Shown here: positions 22,831 through 32,332 of the stretch, in pieces
Layout: each line of letters begins with the position of its first letter
Numbering within the stretch: the first letter of the stretch is position 1
Assembly: GCA_014239265.1 (NCBI GenBank)
Contig: JAAZZH010000001.1
Location: 16,382-80,381 of the forward strand
Direction: 5' to 3'
Length of the DNA: 64,000 nucleotides
From: Actinomycetota bacterium
GTDB lineage: Bacteria; Actinomycetota; Acidimicrobiia; Actinomarinales; Actinomarinaceae
The notes under the pieces: generated by a model
The model's input: the letters and a program-made list of their open reading frames with translations, nothing else
Told to the model about the DNA's origin: nothing
The model's database searches: none
Made by a program: the position numbers and the translations under genes

Positions 22831-22868
22831 GTAACAAATAAGAAACAATTTAGTAATAATCATTTAAC
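22831..22868 (+). promoter_or_regulatory. GlnR-type operator upstream of amt
   Basis: GTAAC-N6-GAAAC-N6-GTAAT-N6-TTAAC, matching the actinobacterial GlnR gTnAc-n6-GaAAc pattern in 11-bp phase. Confidence 0.7.
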
Positions 22869-22938
22869 TTCTACAGCACTATTTAAAAAAAACTCTCAAC
22901 TAAGTTATTTATAAATATTTATTTAAGAGGAGATAAAA

Positions 22939-24135
22939 ATGGAAATTGTAACGTACGTAGACAATCTATGGATATTAATTGCCGGAATTCTAGTTATGTT
23001 CATGCAGCCAGGTTTCATGCTTGTAGAAACTGGATTTACACGATCTAAAAACTCAGTCAATATTGTTATGAAGAACTTTATGGACTTTTCAGTCGGGGCT
23101 CTCACTTACTGGGCTTTTGGATTTGCATTTGCTTACGGTGGTTCTACTTTGGGAGGATTTATTGCGTATGGTAATTTCTTTCTAGAGGGAGACTCTTCTA
23201 CTTATTTTTTTCAGGTAGTATTTGCAGCTACTGCAGCGACCATCGTTTCTGGGTCTGTCGCTGAGAGAACTAAATTTAGTTCATATCTACTTTTCCAACC
23301 CTTTATATGCGGATTAATATATCCAATAGTTACACACTGGGTATGGAGTGGTCAAGGTTGGTTAACTGACATTGGGTTTGTAGACTTTGCAGGCTCTGGC
23401 GTTGTACATATGGTCGGTGGTTTTGCTGCTCTTGCAGGAATACAGGTAGTTGGTCCACGTATAGGGAAATTTGATAGTAACGGAAAACCTCTTCCTATAC
23501 CTGGTAGCTCAATGGTAGCCGCTGCACTTGGCGTATTTATTTTGTGGTTTGGATGGTATGGATTCAATGTAGGATCTGCTTTAGCAGCAGTCGATGTAGA
23601 TTTAGCAGCAATAGCAGTAACCACTACATTGTCAGCATCTGCTGCGTCAGTAGCAGCAATGTATACTTCAATGATTGCTGGTAAACCTAATGTTGGAATG
23701 ACTCTAAATGGTGCATTAGCGGGCCTTGTTGGGATTACTGCTGGCTGTGCGAATGTTAACAATTTAGGTGCCGTCATAATTGGAATCATCTCAGGTATTA
23801 TCGTTGTAGGCTCAATAAATCTTATTGAGCGAAAAGGATTAGATGATGCAGTTGGAGCAGTTTCTGTGCATGGTGTCTGTGGTGCATGGGGCGTGTTAGC
23901 TGTTAGTCTATTTGATACATCTGAAGGACTTTTCTATGGAGGGACTTCACTAATTGTTCCACAGCTCATTGGGATAGTAGCTATTGGTTCTTGGGCATAT
24001 TTGACTTCCTACGCAGTGTTAAAAGTTATTGATTTAACTTTTGGACTAAGGGTATCTAAAGAAGAAGAGATTGCTGGTCTTGATGTTTCTGAACATGGAA
24101 CAACAGCATATGGAGATTTTATTCTAAAAAAATAA
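22939..24135 (+). CDS. amt: Ammonium transporter (Amt family)
   Basis: DFAGSGVVH and VSVHG twin His, FQVVFAA and LWFGWYGFN Phe gate; SD AGAGGAG. Confidence 0.96.
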   Translation: MEIVTYVDNLWILIAGILVMFMQPGFMLVETGFTRSKNSVNIVMKNFMDFSVGALTYWAFGFAFAYGGSTLGGFIAYGNFFLEGDSSTYFFQVVFAATAATIVSGSVAERTKFSSYLLFQPFICGLIYPIVTHWVWSGQGWLTDIGFVDFAGSGVVHMVGGFAALAGIQVVGPRIGKFDSNGKPLPIPGSSMVAAALGVFILWFGWYGFNVGSALAAVDVDLAAIAVTTTLSASAASVAAMYTSMIAGKPNVGMTLNGALAGLVGITAGCANVNNLGAVIIGIISGIIVVGSINLIERKGLDDAVGAVSVHGVCGAWGVLAVSLFDTSEGLFYGGTSLIVPQLIGIVAIGSWAYLTSYAVLKVIDLTFGLRVSKEEEIAGLDVSEHGTTAYGDFILKK

Positions 24136-24153
24136 GTTAAAAAATATCAGTAT

Positions 24154-24212
24154 TAGAAAGTCAGTCTTTCGTATCAAGGTTTCCCCCTTAATGTGACCAG
24201 GCTGATTTTCTA
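24154..24212 (+). other. Long imperfect RNA hairpin between amt and gltB (terminator, attenuator or sRNA candidate)
   Basis: TAGAAAGTCAGTCT pairs with AGGCTGATTTTCTA (2 G:U); TCGTATCAAGG pairs with CCTTAATGTGA (1 mismatch, 2 G:U); loop TTTCCC; T-rich tail follows. Confidence 0.6.
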
Positions 24213-24251
24213 TTTATTCTAGAGCAAAGGTGTAGTAAAATTAAAGGACTT

Positions 24252-27200
24252 ATGGGATTTGATTTTACAGAAAAAGACTCTTGTGGAGTTGGCTTCATAG
24301 CTTCTAGAGGGCTTGCTCCAACGCATGGAATGACTCTTAAAATATTAGAATGTCTTTCAAACCTTGATCACAGAGGTGCAAAGTTTGCTGATGGCACAGG
24401 AGATGGAGCAGGAGTTCTAACTGAAATTCCCTATGAACTCATTAACGCCGAACTAAAAGAGAGAGACATCACAATTGGAAAAGGGAAAAAATTAGGATTA
24501 ATTTCATGTTTTTTTGAAGCTAAGGAATTAAGCGAATCAAAAGAAATAATTGAAAAAAAACTTTCAGATTTTAAAATTGATCTCTTATATTGGAGAAAAG
24601 TTCCTACAGATAAAGAAATTTTAGGCACTTTAGCAAAACAATCTAAGCCAGCTATTTTTCATGCTGTTATTTCATCTGAGGAGAAAAATCAAAAAATATT
24701 TGAGAAAACTTTATATCTATTTAGAAAATCATTAGAAAAAGAAATTTCAAATCATAAGTTTTTAAATATTCATATAAATTCATGTTCCTCAAGAACAGTT
24801 GTTTACAAAGGTCTTTTCACTGCGACACAAGCTTCAGATTTCTATTGGGATTTAAGAAATCCTTTATTTAAGACGAGATTTGGTATATTTCATCAAAGGT
24901 TTTCAACAAATACATCTTCAACTTGGGACAAAGCCCAACCGCTTCGCATGCTTGCTCACAATGGTGAAATTAATACAATAACCGCTAATTATTCATGGAT
25001 GCAGGCGCGCGAAGTTGATGCTACTTCTAGTTTTTGGAAAGATGATATTAATACACTCAAACCATTTATTGATGAGGACATATCAGACTCCGGGCAGTTA
25101 GATAATGCTGTGGAGTTGTTAGTACAATCAGGTAGAACTTTAGCCCATGCTCAAGAAATGCTTATGCCCTCTGCGTGGGAAAACAATCCAAGGTTCACTG
25201 AAGATGAAAAAGCATTCTATCAATATCATTCATTCCTAACTGAGCCGTGGGATGGGCCAGCTGCAATTGTAGCCTCCGATGGTCTAGATATAATTGCAGG
25301 TTTAGACAGAAGTGGGTTAAGACCTATGAGGTGGATGGTTTCTGATAGATATATACTTGCAGCTTCAGAAGTAGGAATTTGCCCGTCAGTTGAAGCGGGT
25401 GCATATAAGACAGCACAACTAGAACCTGGTCAAACTATTAGATACAGATTAAATGATGATGAATTGCTTGATGAAGAAGAAGTAATACAGAAATTAAGTC
25501 AAAAAAACCCATATAAAGATTGGGTTAGTTCAAAACCTCTTAATGTAGATACAGAATTTAGCGATTTAGAAGATAAAAGTATAGATATCGATTTGTTGTC
25601 TTCATATTTTGACTATACACCAGAAGAACAAAGACTAATCCTTTTACCAATGTTGAAAGGAGATGTTCCTACAGGTTCAATGGGTAATGACTCACCCTTA
25701 GGAATATTAAGTAAGAATAAGCCGAGATTAAGCAGGTTCTTTCATCAGTTATTTGCTCAGGTAACAAATCCACCCATAGACCCAATCAGAGAGCGTTTTG
25801 TTATGTCCACTAAAACTTATTTAGGCAAGAGAGGATCAATACTTAAAGAGACTTCACAACAGGCTAATTTAGTTGCATTAAATTCACCTATTTTAAGTGG
25901 TAGGACTTACGATAAACTAATATCTAACGAAGTTCTTGGAAAAAAGTCAGAAGTGATTAGCTTTTGTTTTGACAAGTCTGAAACCAACATGGAATCTGCG
26001 TTAAAAAAAGTATGTGAAAAGGCTGAAGAGTCCATAATCACCAAGAAGAAATCATTAATAATTTTATCGGATAAAGATTTAAAAATTGGTGAAAGCGTAA
26101 TACCTTCACTACTTGTTATTGGGACTTTACACCACTACTTAATTAAAAAAGGAATTAGGTTGCAGGCCTCATTAATTATTGCTTCAGGTGAAATCAGGGA
26201 TGCACATGATTTGGCTTGCCATATTTCATACGGTGCATCAGCTGTATGGCCATATTTGGCTTTAGAGAATATTAGAAAATTGGCATTATCTACGCCTGAG
26301 TTAGGAATATCAGTGTCTGAAGCTCAAGAAAATTACACTGAAACTTTGAACAAGGGCTTACTGAAAATAATGTCAAAAATGGGGATCTGTACGGTCTCTT
26401 CTTATAGAGGTTCAGAATTATTCGAGATAATCGGTTTAAATAATTCACTTATTTCAGATGCATTTACATATTCTAAAAGCAGAACAGAAGGTATTGGTTA
26501 TGAAGAATTAGAAAGCCAAATTAAAATCTGCTCAGAAGAAGCTACCCAAGATTTAGGGGGCTTCTATAAATATAAAAAAAATGCTGAGCCTCACGTAACT
26601 TCACCTGCGACAGTTTTAAGACTTCAAAAAGCTGTTAGATCTGGAGACAGAGATATTTGGTTAGATTATCTACAGACACTAGAAGACAGACCTGATGTAC
26701 AGATACGTGATTTATTCACCCTTCCTGATACAACAGAAGGTTACGAGAACCAAAAAATAGCGTCTTTAGATGAAATTTATCAAAAATTTACTGTATCTTC
26801 AATGTCTTTAGGAGCGCTATCAGAAGAAGCACATCAAGCGTTAGCAATAGCCATGAATAGACTTGGAGCAAAATCAGGATCTGGTGAAGGTGGAGAAGAT
26901 CCAGCACGATATGACAACGAAAAAAATTCTAAGATCAAGCAAATTGCTTCAGGAAGATTTGGAGTAACTCCTGACTACTTAGCTTCTGCAGAAGAGTTTC
27001 AAATAAAAATGGCACAAGGTTCTAAACCTGGTGAGGGCGGTCAACTTCCTGGTTTTAAGGTTGATTCCCATATAGCTAAATTAAGACACACAACAGAAGG
27101 TATTACACTTATTTCTCCACCACCTCATCACGATATATATTCAATTGAAGATTTAGCTCAACTAATTTACGATTTAAAAACATTTAATCCAAATACTCCT

Positions 27201-28628
27201 GTCAATGTGAAACTAGTTTCCGAACCAGGTGTGGGGACCATAGCCGTTGGTGTTGCTAAAGCTGGCGCTGATATTATAACTATTGCAGGTAGCGATGGGG
27301 GTACAGGAGCTAGTCCTTGGACAAGCATTAAACACGCAGGATCGCCATGGGAACTAGGACTAAGTGAAACGCACCAAGCATTAGTTCTAAATAATATGAG
27401 AGATAAAGTACTCCTTGAGGTAGATGGTGGGCTGCGTTCCGCAAAGGATGTAATTATTGCAGCTACTTTAGGTGCTGATAGATTTGGTTTTGGAACTTTA
27501 CCACTTTTAGCATTGGGATGCAAAATGGTACGACAATGCCATGAAAACACATGTCCCGTTGGAATTGCAACTCAAGATGAAAATTTAAGAGCAAAGTTTA
27601 ATGGAGCACCTGAACAGGTTATGCAATTGTTCACTTTTCTCGCTGAAGACGTACAGAAGTATTTGCAATTATTCAATGTAAATAAACTAGATGATTTAAT
27701 AGGACATGCCGATCTGTTAGGACTTAAAGTTTTAAATAATAATCTACCTAGTAGCTTGCACAAACTTCTTGTGAATGCAGTACCAGAGAAGAAGCATCCT
27801 GGATTTATCAGACATGACGAGGGTAGATTATCAAGAAGAATAACTTCTGAAGTAATTAAATCATTGAACGCAGACAAAGAATCATTTTTACAATACCCAA
27901 TATCCAATGAAGACAGAAGTATAGGTGCAAGACTTTCTGGTGAGGTTTCTATAAATAAGCTAAACAAACAAATTGAAAAAAACCCCTCACTAATTAGCCT
28001 TTCTGGTTCAGCTGGTCAAAGTTTTGGAGCTTTTATAAGAGATGGTATAAATCTGAAACTAACTGGGAGTGCTAATGATTATGTAGGTAAAGGTATGGGT
28101 GGAGGAAGTATAACAATAATACCTCAGGGTAAAAAAATGCAAGGAGCGTACCATGCCGCTGGAAATGCCCTCCTTTATGGTGCTACCGGAGGTCAATTAT
28201 TTATATCCGGTAGGGTCGGCCAAAGATTTGGAGTAAGAAACAGTGGAGCTATAGCTGTTGTTGAGGGATGCAGCGCTCACGCAGCTGAATACATGACAGG
28301 TGGGACCCTAGTTATTCTTGGGGAGATTGGATTCAATTTTGGAGCTGGAATGACGGGCGGTAAGGTAATAGTTTTGAATACACAGAAAAGTTTTAATCAA
28401 TATATATCAAAATCAGCACCGACATCACATGTGTTAAATGAAATAGATAGTCTTGATTTGAAAACGCTATTGCAAAAACATATTGAACAAACGGGTTCAG
28501 AACTAGCTTCTAAATTATTAACTAAAGAAGAATCCTGGCACAAAATCTTTACTGTTTTTGGTGGAATTGCAGAAATCACAGAAAAGAAAGAAATTAACAT
28601 TAACAACAAGGTAAAAGCCTTAGATTAA
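24252..28628 (+). CDS. gltB: Glutamate synthase large subunit / ferredoxin-type GOGAT
   Basis: N-terminal CGVGF nucleophile, HNGEIN, EPWDGP, KMAQGSKPGEGGQLPG, 3Fe-4S motif CKMVRQCHENTCPVG, GXGXG domain. Confidence 0.95.
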   Translation: MGFDFTEKDSCGVGFIASRGLAPTHGMTLKILECLSNLDHRGAKFADGTGDGAGVLTEIPYELINAELKERDITIGKGKKLGLISCFFEAKELSESKEIIEKKLSDFKIDLLYWRKVPTDKEILGTLAKQSKPAIFHAVISSEEKNQKIFEKTLYLFRKSLEKEISNHKFLNIHINSCSSRTVVYKGLFTATQASDFYWDLRNPLFKTRFGIFHQRFSTNTSSTWDKAQPLRMLAHNGEINTITANYSWMQAREVDATSSFWKDDINTLKPFIDEDISDSGQLDNAVELLVQSGRTLAHAQEMLMPSAWENNPRFTEDEKAFYQYHSFLTEPWDGPAAIVASDGLDIIAGLDRSGLRPMRWMVSDRYILAASEVGICPSVEAGAYKTAQLEPGQTIRYRLNDDELLDEEEVIQKLSQKNPYKDWVSSKPLNVDTEFSDLEDKSIDIDLLSSYFDYTPEEQRLILLPMLKGDVPTGSMGNDSPLGILSKNKPRLSRFFHQLFAQVTNPPIDPIRERFVMSTKTYLGKRGSILKETSQQANLVALNSPILSGRTYDKLISNEVLGKKSEVISFCFDKSETNMESALKKVCEKAEESIITKKKSLIILSDKDLKIGESVIPSLLVIGTLHHYLIKKGIRLQASLIIASGEIRDAHDLACHISYGASAVWPYLALENIRKLALSTPELGISVSEAQENYTETLNKGLLKIMSKMGICTVSSYRGSELFEIIGLNNSLISDAFTYSKSRTEGIGYEELESQIKICSEEATQDLGGFYKYKKNAEPHVTSPATVLRLQKAVRSGDRDIWLDYLQTLEDRPDVQIRDLFTLPDTTEGYENQKIASLDEIYQKFTVSSMSLGALSEEAHQALAIAMNRLGAKSGSGEGGEDPARYDNEKNSKIKQIASGRFGVTPDYLASAEEFQIKMAQGSKPGEGGQLPGFKVDSHIAKLRHTTEGITLISPPPHHDIYSIEDLAQLIYDLKTFNPNTPVNVKLVSEPGVGTIAVGVAKAGADIITIAGSDGGTGASPWTSIKHAGSPWELGLSETHQALVLNNMRDKVLLEVDGGLRSAKDVIIAATLGADRFGFGTLPLLALGCKMVRQCHENTCPVGIATQDENLRAKFNGAPEQVMQLFTFLAEDVQKYLQLFNVNKLDDLIGHADLLGLKVLNNNLPSSLHKLLVNAVPEKKHPGFIRHDEGRLSRRITSEVIKSLNADKESFLQYPISNEDRSIGARLSGEVSINKLNKQIEKNPSLISLSGSAGQSFGAFIRDGINLKLTGSANDYVGKGMGGGSITIIPQGKKMQGAYHAAGNALLYGATGGQLFISGRVGQRFGVRNSGAIAVVEGCSAHAAEYMTGGTLVILGEIGFNFGAGMTGGKVIVLNTQKSFNQYISKSAPTSHVLNEIDSLDLKTLLQKHIEQTGSELASKLLTKEESWHKIFTVFGGIAEITEKKEININNKVKALD

Positions 28629-28661
28629 AAAAATCTTCTGTTAAAAAATAACTATTTGCTT

Positions 28662-28667
28662 TACCAT
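28662..28667 (+). promoter_or_regulatory. Putative -10 (TACCAT) of leaderless deoC
   Basis: TAnnnT exactly 6 nt before ATG 28674. Confidence 0.5.
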
Positions 28668-28673
28668 AGAGCT

Positions 28674-29612
28674 ATGTCTTTAACAAAAGAAGCACAAAAT
28701 GTTCTCAATTGGTCCGATACAGTCGAGTTAATTGACAATTTAAGAGTAGATGAGGTTGGCCTCAAAGAAAGAGTTGCCTCACTCGCTACAAGAAGTATAA
28801 AAAAAGATTCTAAACTCCAAGCTTTGAATTATATAATTTCAATGTGTGACCTTACAACTCTTGAAGGGGAGGACACTGAGGGCAAGATTGGACAGATGAC
28901 AGCAAAAGCTATTAGACCAGATCCAAGTAATGATGAGGTTCCAAGTGTGGCTGCTGTTTGTGTTTACCCCGCACTCGTGTCTAAAGCTAAAAAGATGACT
29001 CAGAATTCTAATGTAAAAGTAGCTTCCGTTTCTTCATATTTTCCAAGTGGGCAAGCCCCCCTTGAATCAAAAATACTTGATACTCAATTCGCAATTGATG
29101 AAGGCGCAGACGAAATAGACATTGTTATAAATAGAAAGGCATTCTTTGAAGGTGACTATAGAAAAATGTACGATGAAATAGTTGCACTAAAAGAGGTATG
29201 TAAATCAGTCCACTTAAAAACTATTTTAGAGGTTGGAGAACTCAGGACGTATGAAAATATTAAAAAGGCTAGTCTGATTTCATTAGCAGCAGGATCAGAT
29301 TTTATTAAAACATCAACCGGTAAGATTTCTAACGGTTCATCAAGAGAAGCATGTTATTTAATGGCAAAAGCAGTGTGGGATTATAAAACTGTCACTGGTT
29401 TCAAAGCTGGTATAAAGGTTGCAGGTGGAATAAGAGATTCTAAAGACGCAATCAGGTATTTAGTTATTGTCAATGAAGAATTAGGGAGTGAATGGTTAAA
29501 CCCTGATTATTTCAGGTTTGGAGCATCAAGCCTAGTTGATGATGTATTAAAACAAATAAAAAAATTGAAAACTAATGCGTATCAGTCAAGCTACTATTTT
29601 CCAAGAGGTTAA
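28674..29612 (+). CDS. deoC: Deoxyribose-phosphate aldolase
   Basis: DLTTL, GADEIDIV, KTILE, FIKTSTGK, GIKVAGG, RFGASSL; start reassigned to ATG 28674. Confidence 0.93.
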   Translation: MSLTKEAQNVLNWSDTVELIDNLRVDEVGLKERVASLATRSIKKDSKLQALNYIISMCDLTTLEGEDTEGKIGQMTAKAIRPDPSNDEVPSVAAVCVYPALVSKAKKMTQNSNVKVASVSSYFPSGQAPLESKILDTQFAIDEGADEIDIVINRKAFFEGDYRKMYDEIVALKEVCKSVHLKTILEVGELRTYENIKKASLISLAAGSDFIKTSTGKISNGSSREACYLMAKAVWDYKTVTGFKAGIKVAGGIRDSKDAIRYLVIVNEELGSEWLNPDYFRFGASSLVDDVLKQIKKLKTNAYQSSYYFPRG

Positions 29613-29615
29613 ATC

Positions 29616-31055
29616 ATGAATAAATGGGAATACGCTGAATCAATTGAGTCAAGTTCTATTGTTAACATTGAAAAAAAATACGGAATCTTCATTGATGGAA
29701 AATTTCAAAATGCTAATTCCAAAAAATTTATCAAAACTATATCCCCTTCAACAGAAGAAGTTTTATCCTCAGTTTCTTTAGGTAATGAAATTGATATTAA
29801 TTCAGCAGTAGAATCTGCAAAAGAGGGTCTAAAAATATGGTCTAAACTATCTGGGACAGAAAGGGCTAAATACCTCTTTAAACTTGCAAGGCTAATTCAG
29901 GAGAGATCTCGTGAATTTGCTGTACTTGAAACCTTAGACGGTGGTAAGCCAATCAAGGAATCACGAGACTTTGATTTACCACAAGTTGCTGCGAACTTTT
30001 TCTACTTTGCAGGCTGGGCTGATAAGTTAGATTTATCTTGGAACGCAAAAGGTTTAAAACCTTATGGCATAGTTGGTCAAATAATTCCATGGAATTTCCC
30101 ACTACTAATGCTTTCTTGGAAAGTTGCGCCAGCATTAGCAACTGGAAATGTTGTAATTTTAAAACCTGCTGAGAGTACTCCTTTAACAGCAATTCTTTTT
30201 GCTGAATTGTGTCAAGAAGTAGGACTTCCACCAGGTGTATTTAATTTAGTTACTGGTGACGGTAGTACTGGTGCCGCACTCGTTAAGCACCCTGATATTT
30301 CAAAAATAGCTTTTACTGGCTCTACTGGAGTTGGTAAGTATATTCAAAAAGAAACAGCAGATAGGGATATAGGACTCACTCTAGAATTGGGTGGTAAAGC
30401 GGCAAATATTGTCTTCAACGATGCTGCTATTGACCAAGCTGTAGAGGGTGTTGTTAATGGAATATTCTTCAACCAAGGACATGTATGTTGTGCTGGTTCA
30501 AGACTTGTACTACAAGAAGATATCCATGACGAATTTGTTACAAAACTAGAAAAAAGGATGCAGTCTCTTAGAGTAGGTAATCCATTAGATAAAAATACAG
30601 ACATTGGTGCTATAAACTCAAAAGATCAATTAGACAAGATTACAAGCTTAGTAAATGAGGGAGTAGAAGAGGGTGGAACAATTTTTCAGACAGACTGTGA
30701 ATTACCACAAAATGGTTTTTGGTTTAAACCAACTCTATTTACAAATGCACAGCCTTCTTACCGAATTTCAAGAGAAGAAATATTTGGTCCAGTGCTGACA
30801 ACTTTAACTTTTAGAACTCCAGAAGAAGCTATTGAAATTTCAAATAACACTGAATATGGACTATCTGCAGGGATATGGACAGAAAAAGGTTCAAAGATAC
30901 TCTGGACAGCAGACAGGCTTCAAGCAGGTGTTATTTGGGCAAATACGTTTAATAAGTTTGATCCATCTTCACCATTTGGAGGCTATAAAGAATCTGGTTT
31001 TGGAAGAGAGGGTGGAAGACACGGTCTGCTGTCATATCTAAAGGTACAATCATGA
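29616..31055 (+). CDS. Aldehyde dehydrogenase (catalytic chain)
   Basis: PWNFP, FTGSTGVG, ELGGK (Glu), QGHVCCAG (Cys), EEIFGPV, FGGYKESG. Confidence 0.92.
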   Translation: MNKWEYAESIESSSIVNIEKKYGIFIDGKFQNANSKKFIKTISPSTEEVLSSVSLGNEIDINSAVESAKEGLKIWSKLSGTERAKYLFKLARLIQERSREFAVLETLDGGKPIKESRDFDLPQVAANFFYFAGWADKLDLSWNAKGLKPYGIVGQIIPWNFPLLMLSWKVAPALATGNVVILKPAESTPLTAILFAELCQEVGLPPGVFNLVTGDGSTGAALVKHPDISKIAFTGSTGVGKYIQKETADRDIGLTLELGGKAANIVFNDAAIDQAVEGVVNGIFFNQGHVCCAGSRLVLQEDIHDEFVTKLEKRMQSLRVGNPLDKNTDIGAINSKDQLDKITSLVNEGVEEGGTIFQTDCELPQNGFWFKPTLFTNAQPSYRISREEIFGPVLTTLTFRTPEEAIEISNNTEYGLSAGIWTEKGSKILWTADRLQAGVIWANTFNKFDPSSPFGGYKESGFGREGGRHGLLSYLKVQS

Positions 31056-31879
31056 ATGAAATAAAAAAAACTTATAAAAATTATGTTGGTGGTAAGTATG
31101 TAAGGTCCGAATCTGGAAAAACTTTTCGGATTGAACTTAAAAATGAATTTTATGAAGTTCCACTTACTTCAAGAAAAGATATAAGAGATGCTGTTGTAGC
31201 AGCAAAAAAAGGTCATACCGCTTGGCAGAAACTTTCTCCGTACAATAAAACTCAAGTATTATATAGGCTTTCAGAAATGTTAGAAGGTAATTTTGAAACT
31301 TATCAACAACTCCTTCAGGATGCAGGATTAACTAAAGCAAAAGCAAAGGAAGATATTCATAAAGCAGTAGATTCAATAATTTGGTATGCGGGAATGGCTG
31401 ATAAGTGGGAACAGATGACAGGTAACCTCAATCCTGTAGCGGGTGACTTCTTCAATATTTCCCACCAGGAATCACTTGGAGTTGTATTTACTCTAAATTC
31501 AAACACGCAGTCACTGAATAGTTTACTTTTAAATATGTTACCGGCCTTAACAGTAGGATGTTCTGTAATAAGCTTTAACGAAGAAAATTCTGTACTTGCA
31601 CTTAAACTCGCAGAAGATATCAATAATTCTGATTTACCAGGTGGTGCTTTAAATATACTGTCTGGGAAATTTGAATTATTAATTGAGGATATAAGTAACC
31701 ATGTCGAGATTACCGCAATGGCAATATATAAAGAAATTCATAATGATCAAAAAACAATGATTAAAGAAAATGCCTCCAAATCACTAAAACGAATCTTCAT
31801 AAATCCACCAACTATGGGCTTAGAAGCTTTATTTCCATTTATTGAAACTAAAACTGTTTGGCATCCAAAAGGAAGATAG
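31052..31879 (+). CDS. Truncated ALDH-like protein without a catalytic domain
   Basis: N-terminal ALDH fold motifs (RDAVVAA, W....Y.K..VLYRLSEML) and terminal ETKTVWHP strand; no ELGGK and no catalytic Cys; ATGA-coupled to the ALDH gene. Confidence 0.8.
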   Translation: MNEIKKTYKNYVGGKYVRSESGKTFRIELKNEFYEVPLTSRKDIRDAVVAAKKGHTAWQKLSPYNKTQVLYRLSEMLEGNFETYQQLLQDAGLTKAKAKEDIHKAVDSIIWYAGMADKWEQMTGNLNPVAGDFFNISHQESLGVVFTLNSNTQSLNSLLLNMLPALTVGCSVISFNEENSVLALKLAEDINNSDLPGGALNILSGKFELLIEDISNHVEITAMAIYKEIHNDQKTMIKENASKSLKRIFINPPTMGLEALFPFIETKTVWHPKGR

Positions 31880-31915
31880 TCTTAAGTTTCTTATATTCAT
31901 TTAATGCGTAGTTAA

Positions 31916-31924
31916 TGTTAAAAT
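31916..31924 (+). promoter_or_regulatory. Putative extended -10 (TGT-TAAAAT) of the leaderless thioesterase gene
   Basis: TGn plus TAnnnT, 6 nt before ATG 31931. Confidence 0.55.
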
Positions 31925-31930
31925 CTTTTC

Positions 31931-32332
31931 ATGTCTGAAAGAACATGGGGAGATTTACCTACACCTAATATTTATAAAGAGTTGAAGGGTGAGTTCGTAA
32001 CCTTTAACGAAGAAGAGGAATATCTTGAGTGCAAATATCCAATTCAGGAAAAATACTTTAATCCCATGAATACAACCCTCGGAGGAATTATTGATTCCTT
32101 TATGGACTGCACAATGGGACCCCTCAGTTTTCTACTTGGTGAGATGGTTGTAACTAAAACTTTTACTGCAAAATACATTAGACCTGTTAATAACAGCACA
32201 GTATTTGTTCATGTAAAGGCGTGGAGAGATTCAGTTAACGATCAAGGTTCAATCTACAAAGCTGAATTATATTTAGATGATGAGAAAATTGCTGCTATTG
32301 CTGAAGGATTATTTGTTAGTCCAAAGAATTAG
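31931..32332 (+). CDS. PaaI-family thioesterase (hotdog fold)
   Basis: NPMNTTLGGII..FMD..MG motif and length; the usual His of HGG is replaced. Confidence 0.75.
   Translation: MSERTWGDLPTPNIYKELKGEFVTFNEEEEYLECKYPIQEKYFNPMNTTLGGIIDSFMDCTMGPLSFLLGEMVVTKTFTAKYIRPVNNSTVFVHVKAWRDSVNDQGSIYKAELYLDDEKIAAIAEGLFVSPKN

Noticed and set aside
24154-24212. Assignment of the hairpin to a known class (purine, c-di-GMP or glnA riboswitch, SRP, 6C RNA, hammerhead)
   Set aside because: The conserved core motifs I recall for these classes are absent on both strands; kept only as an unclassified element.
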